A stretch of DNA of 63,985 nt, filler included, from Hausera hauseri (taxonomy: Eukaryota), in assembly GCA_046269625.1 (NCBI GenBank). It is 11 parts of 11 records of this genome, joined end to end, with 100 filler letters (N's around TTAATTAATTAA, not from the genome) between each part and the next. Parts side by side here need not be neighbours in the genome. Positions count along the whole stretch, not along the records: positions 58,934 to 63,985 come from JBJURY010350601.1; 10 more parts are not named here. One strand, given 5' to 3'. The position numbers were made by a program, and so were the translations under genes. This document shows positions 63,201 to 63,985 of the stretch, piece after piece; within the stretch, counting starts at the first letter, position 1; each line of letters begins with the position of its first letter. Under the pieces are notes generated by a model, which saw nothing but the letters and a program-made list of their open reading frames with translations, made no database searches and was not told where the DNA came from.

Positions 63201-63903
63201 GACATAAACGTCCCGGAATACCTGAGAGCTCATTTCTCTGAAATGGCTCCAATTTTTAAAAACGTTGACGTCTCTAGAGACGATATTGGGGTCTTTATGC
63301 GCGAGCACGGTATCGAAAACAAACTCTTGACGAGTCCTCGTTGTACACTCCTGGGGAGTTACAGAGGCGAAAAGCTCCTCCTGACCACACCATTGTTAAA
63401 GTGATATTTGGATCACGGGCTAAAAGCCGCGAAATATACCAGGTGATGGAATATCACCCGTTGGCCTGTTTTAAAACGTTTGGTGACCCTGTCTCTGAAG
63501 CGCGGCGCAAGGGGGATCTGAACGACGCCGACTCCATTACGGGTGAAACGATTAAGTTGTTGGGGAATGCTGCTTATGGTAAAACCCTAACAAACAAAGC
63601 CAAACATACGAGCGTAGCTTATTGTTATGCGAAGCCTCTCAGCGATTCGTAAATAGCCCCTTCTTTAAAAAGATGATCGAGATTAACGACGTTCTTTTTG
63701 AAGTCGACATGCTGAAGGATAAGATACATTGGGATCTTCCACACCAGATAGCTTTATTCGTGTACCAGTACGCGAAGTTTATTATGTTAGAGTTTTATTA
63801 TGATTTTATAGACTATTTTGTAGATAGGTCCGACTTTCAGTTGTGCGAAATGGACACTGATAATCTTTATTTAGCACTTAGTACCGATGACCTAGTGTGG
63901 TAG
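60300..63903 (+). pseudogene. Polinton/Maverick-type protein-primed DNA polymerase B, frameshifted
   Basis: LPVIGVNSGKYD; KFLDICNYL; LPPHSAFHSSL; NNKDV; GPSIIFHRYHE; GYDANTLY; KLLGNAAYGKTL; QYAK..MLEFYYDF; EMDTDNLY. Confidence 0.9.
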
Positions 63904-63985
63904 GAAAAGAAGTTGGAGACGGGAAAAAGAAAGAAAAAAGGGAAAATAGATAACTCGGTTGTATTTTGAACTGAGTGAACTTTTC

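Noticed and set aside
1-63985. Window-wide ubiquitin theme (RING, IAP, Ubl, HECT) and bHLH gene plus E-box satellite as one system
   Set aside because: They lie on separate contigs, probably from different organisms; no linkage is shown.

Overview
This window is not one locus. It is 11 unrelated eukaryotic contigs joined by artificial 100-nt spacers (N44-TTAATTAATTAA-N44), so gene neighbourhood across spacers is meaningless. Contig contents: (1) 1-4315, a compact array of RING/Zn-finger ORFs plus a BIR-BIR-RING IAP-like ORF. Each ORF follows a splice acceptor in the same phase (phase 1), and all five complete ORFs are followed by a poly(A) signal, suggesting a shared-leader/alternative-last-exon E3-ligase cassette. 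(2) 4416-8983, part of an intron-containing host gene (possible RhoGEF DH start) and a CA microsatellite. (3) 9084-15699, a decayed LTR element with Ty3/Gypsy-like gag, no visible pol, and a ubiquitin-like/AT-hook region in frame with a chuvirus-like glycoprotein. (4) 15800-21784, DEDDh exonuclease and RING remnants, a retroviral-type protease fragment and a decayed Polinton PolB. (5) 21885-26646, a circularly assembled 4,685-bp class III (ERV-S/L, snakehead-retrovirus-like) element with intact gag, short env, accessory ORF, LTR and tRNA-Ser PBS but no RT or integrase. (6) 26747-33317, a palindromic CACGTG satellite. (7) 33418-38062, an intronless divergent CDK. (8) 38163-43895, a decayed Gypsy element. 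(9) 43996-48988, twist, Polinton capsid/protease remnants and Penelope-like remnants with hammerhead cores. (10) 49089-58833, a frameshifted HECT ligase gene and a Gypsy pol. (11) 58934-63985, a decayed Polinton PolB. The best novelty candidates are contigs 1, 3 and 5. All family calls come from motif recognition by eye; no searches were run.
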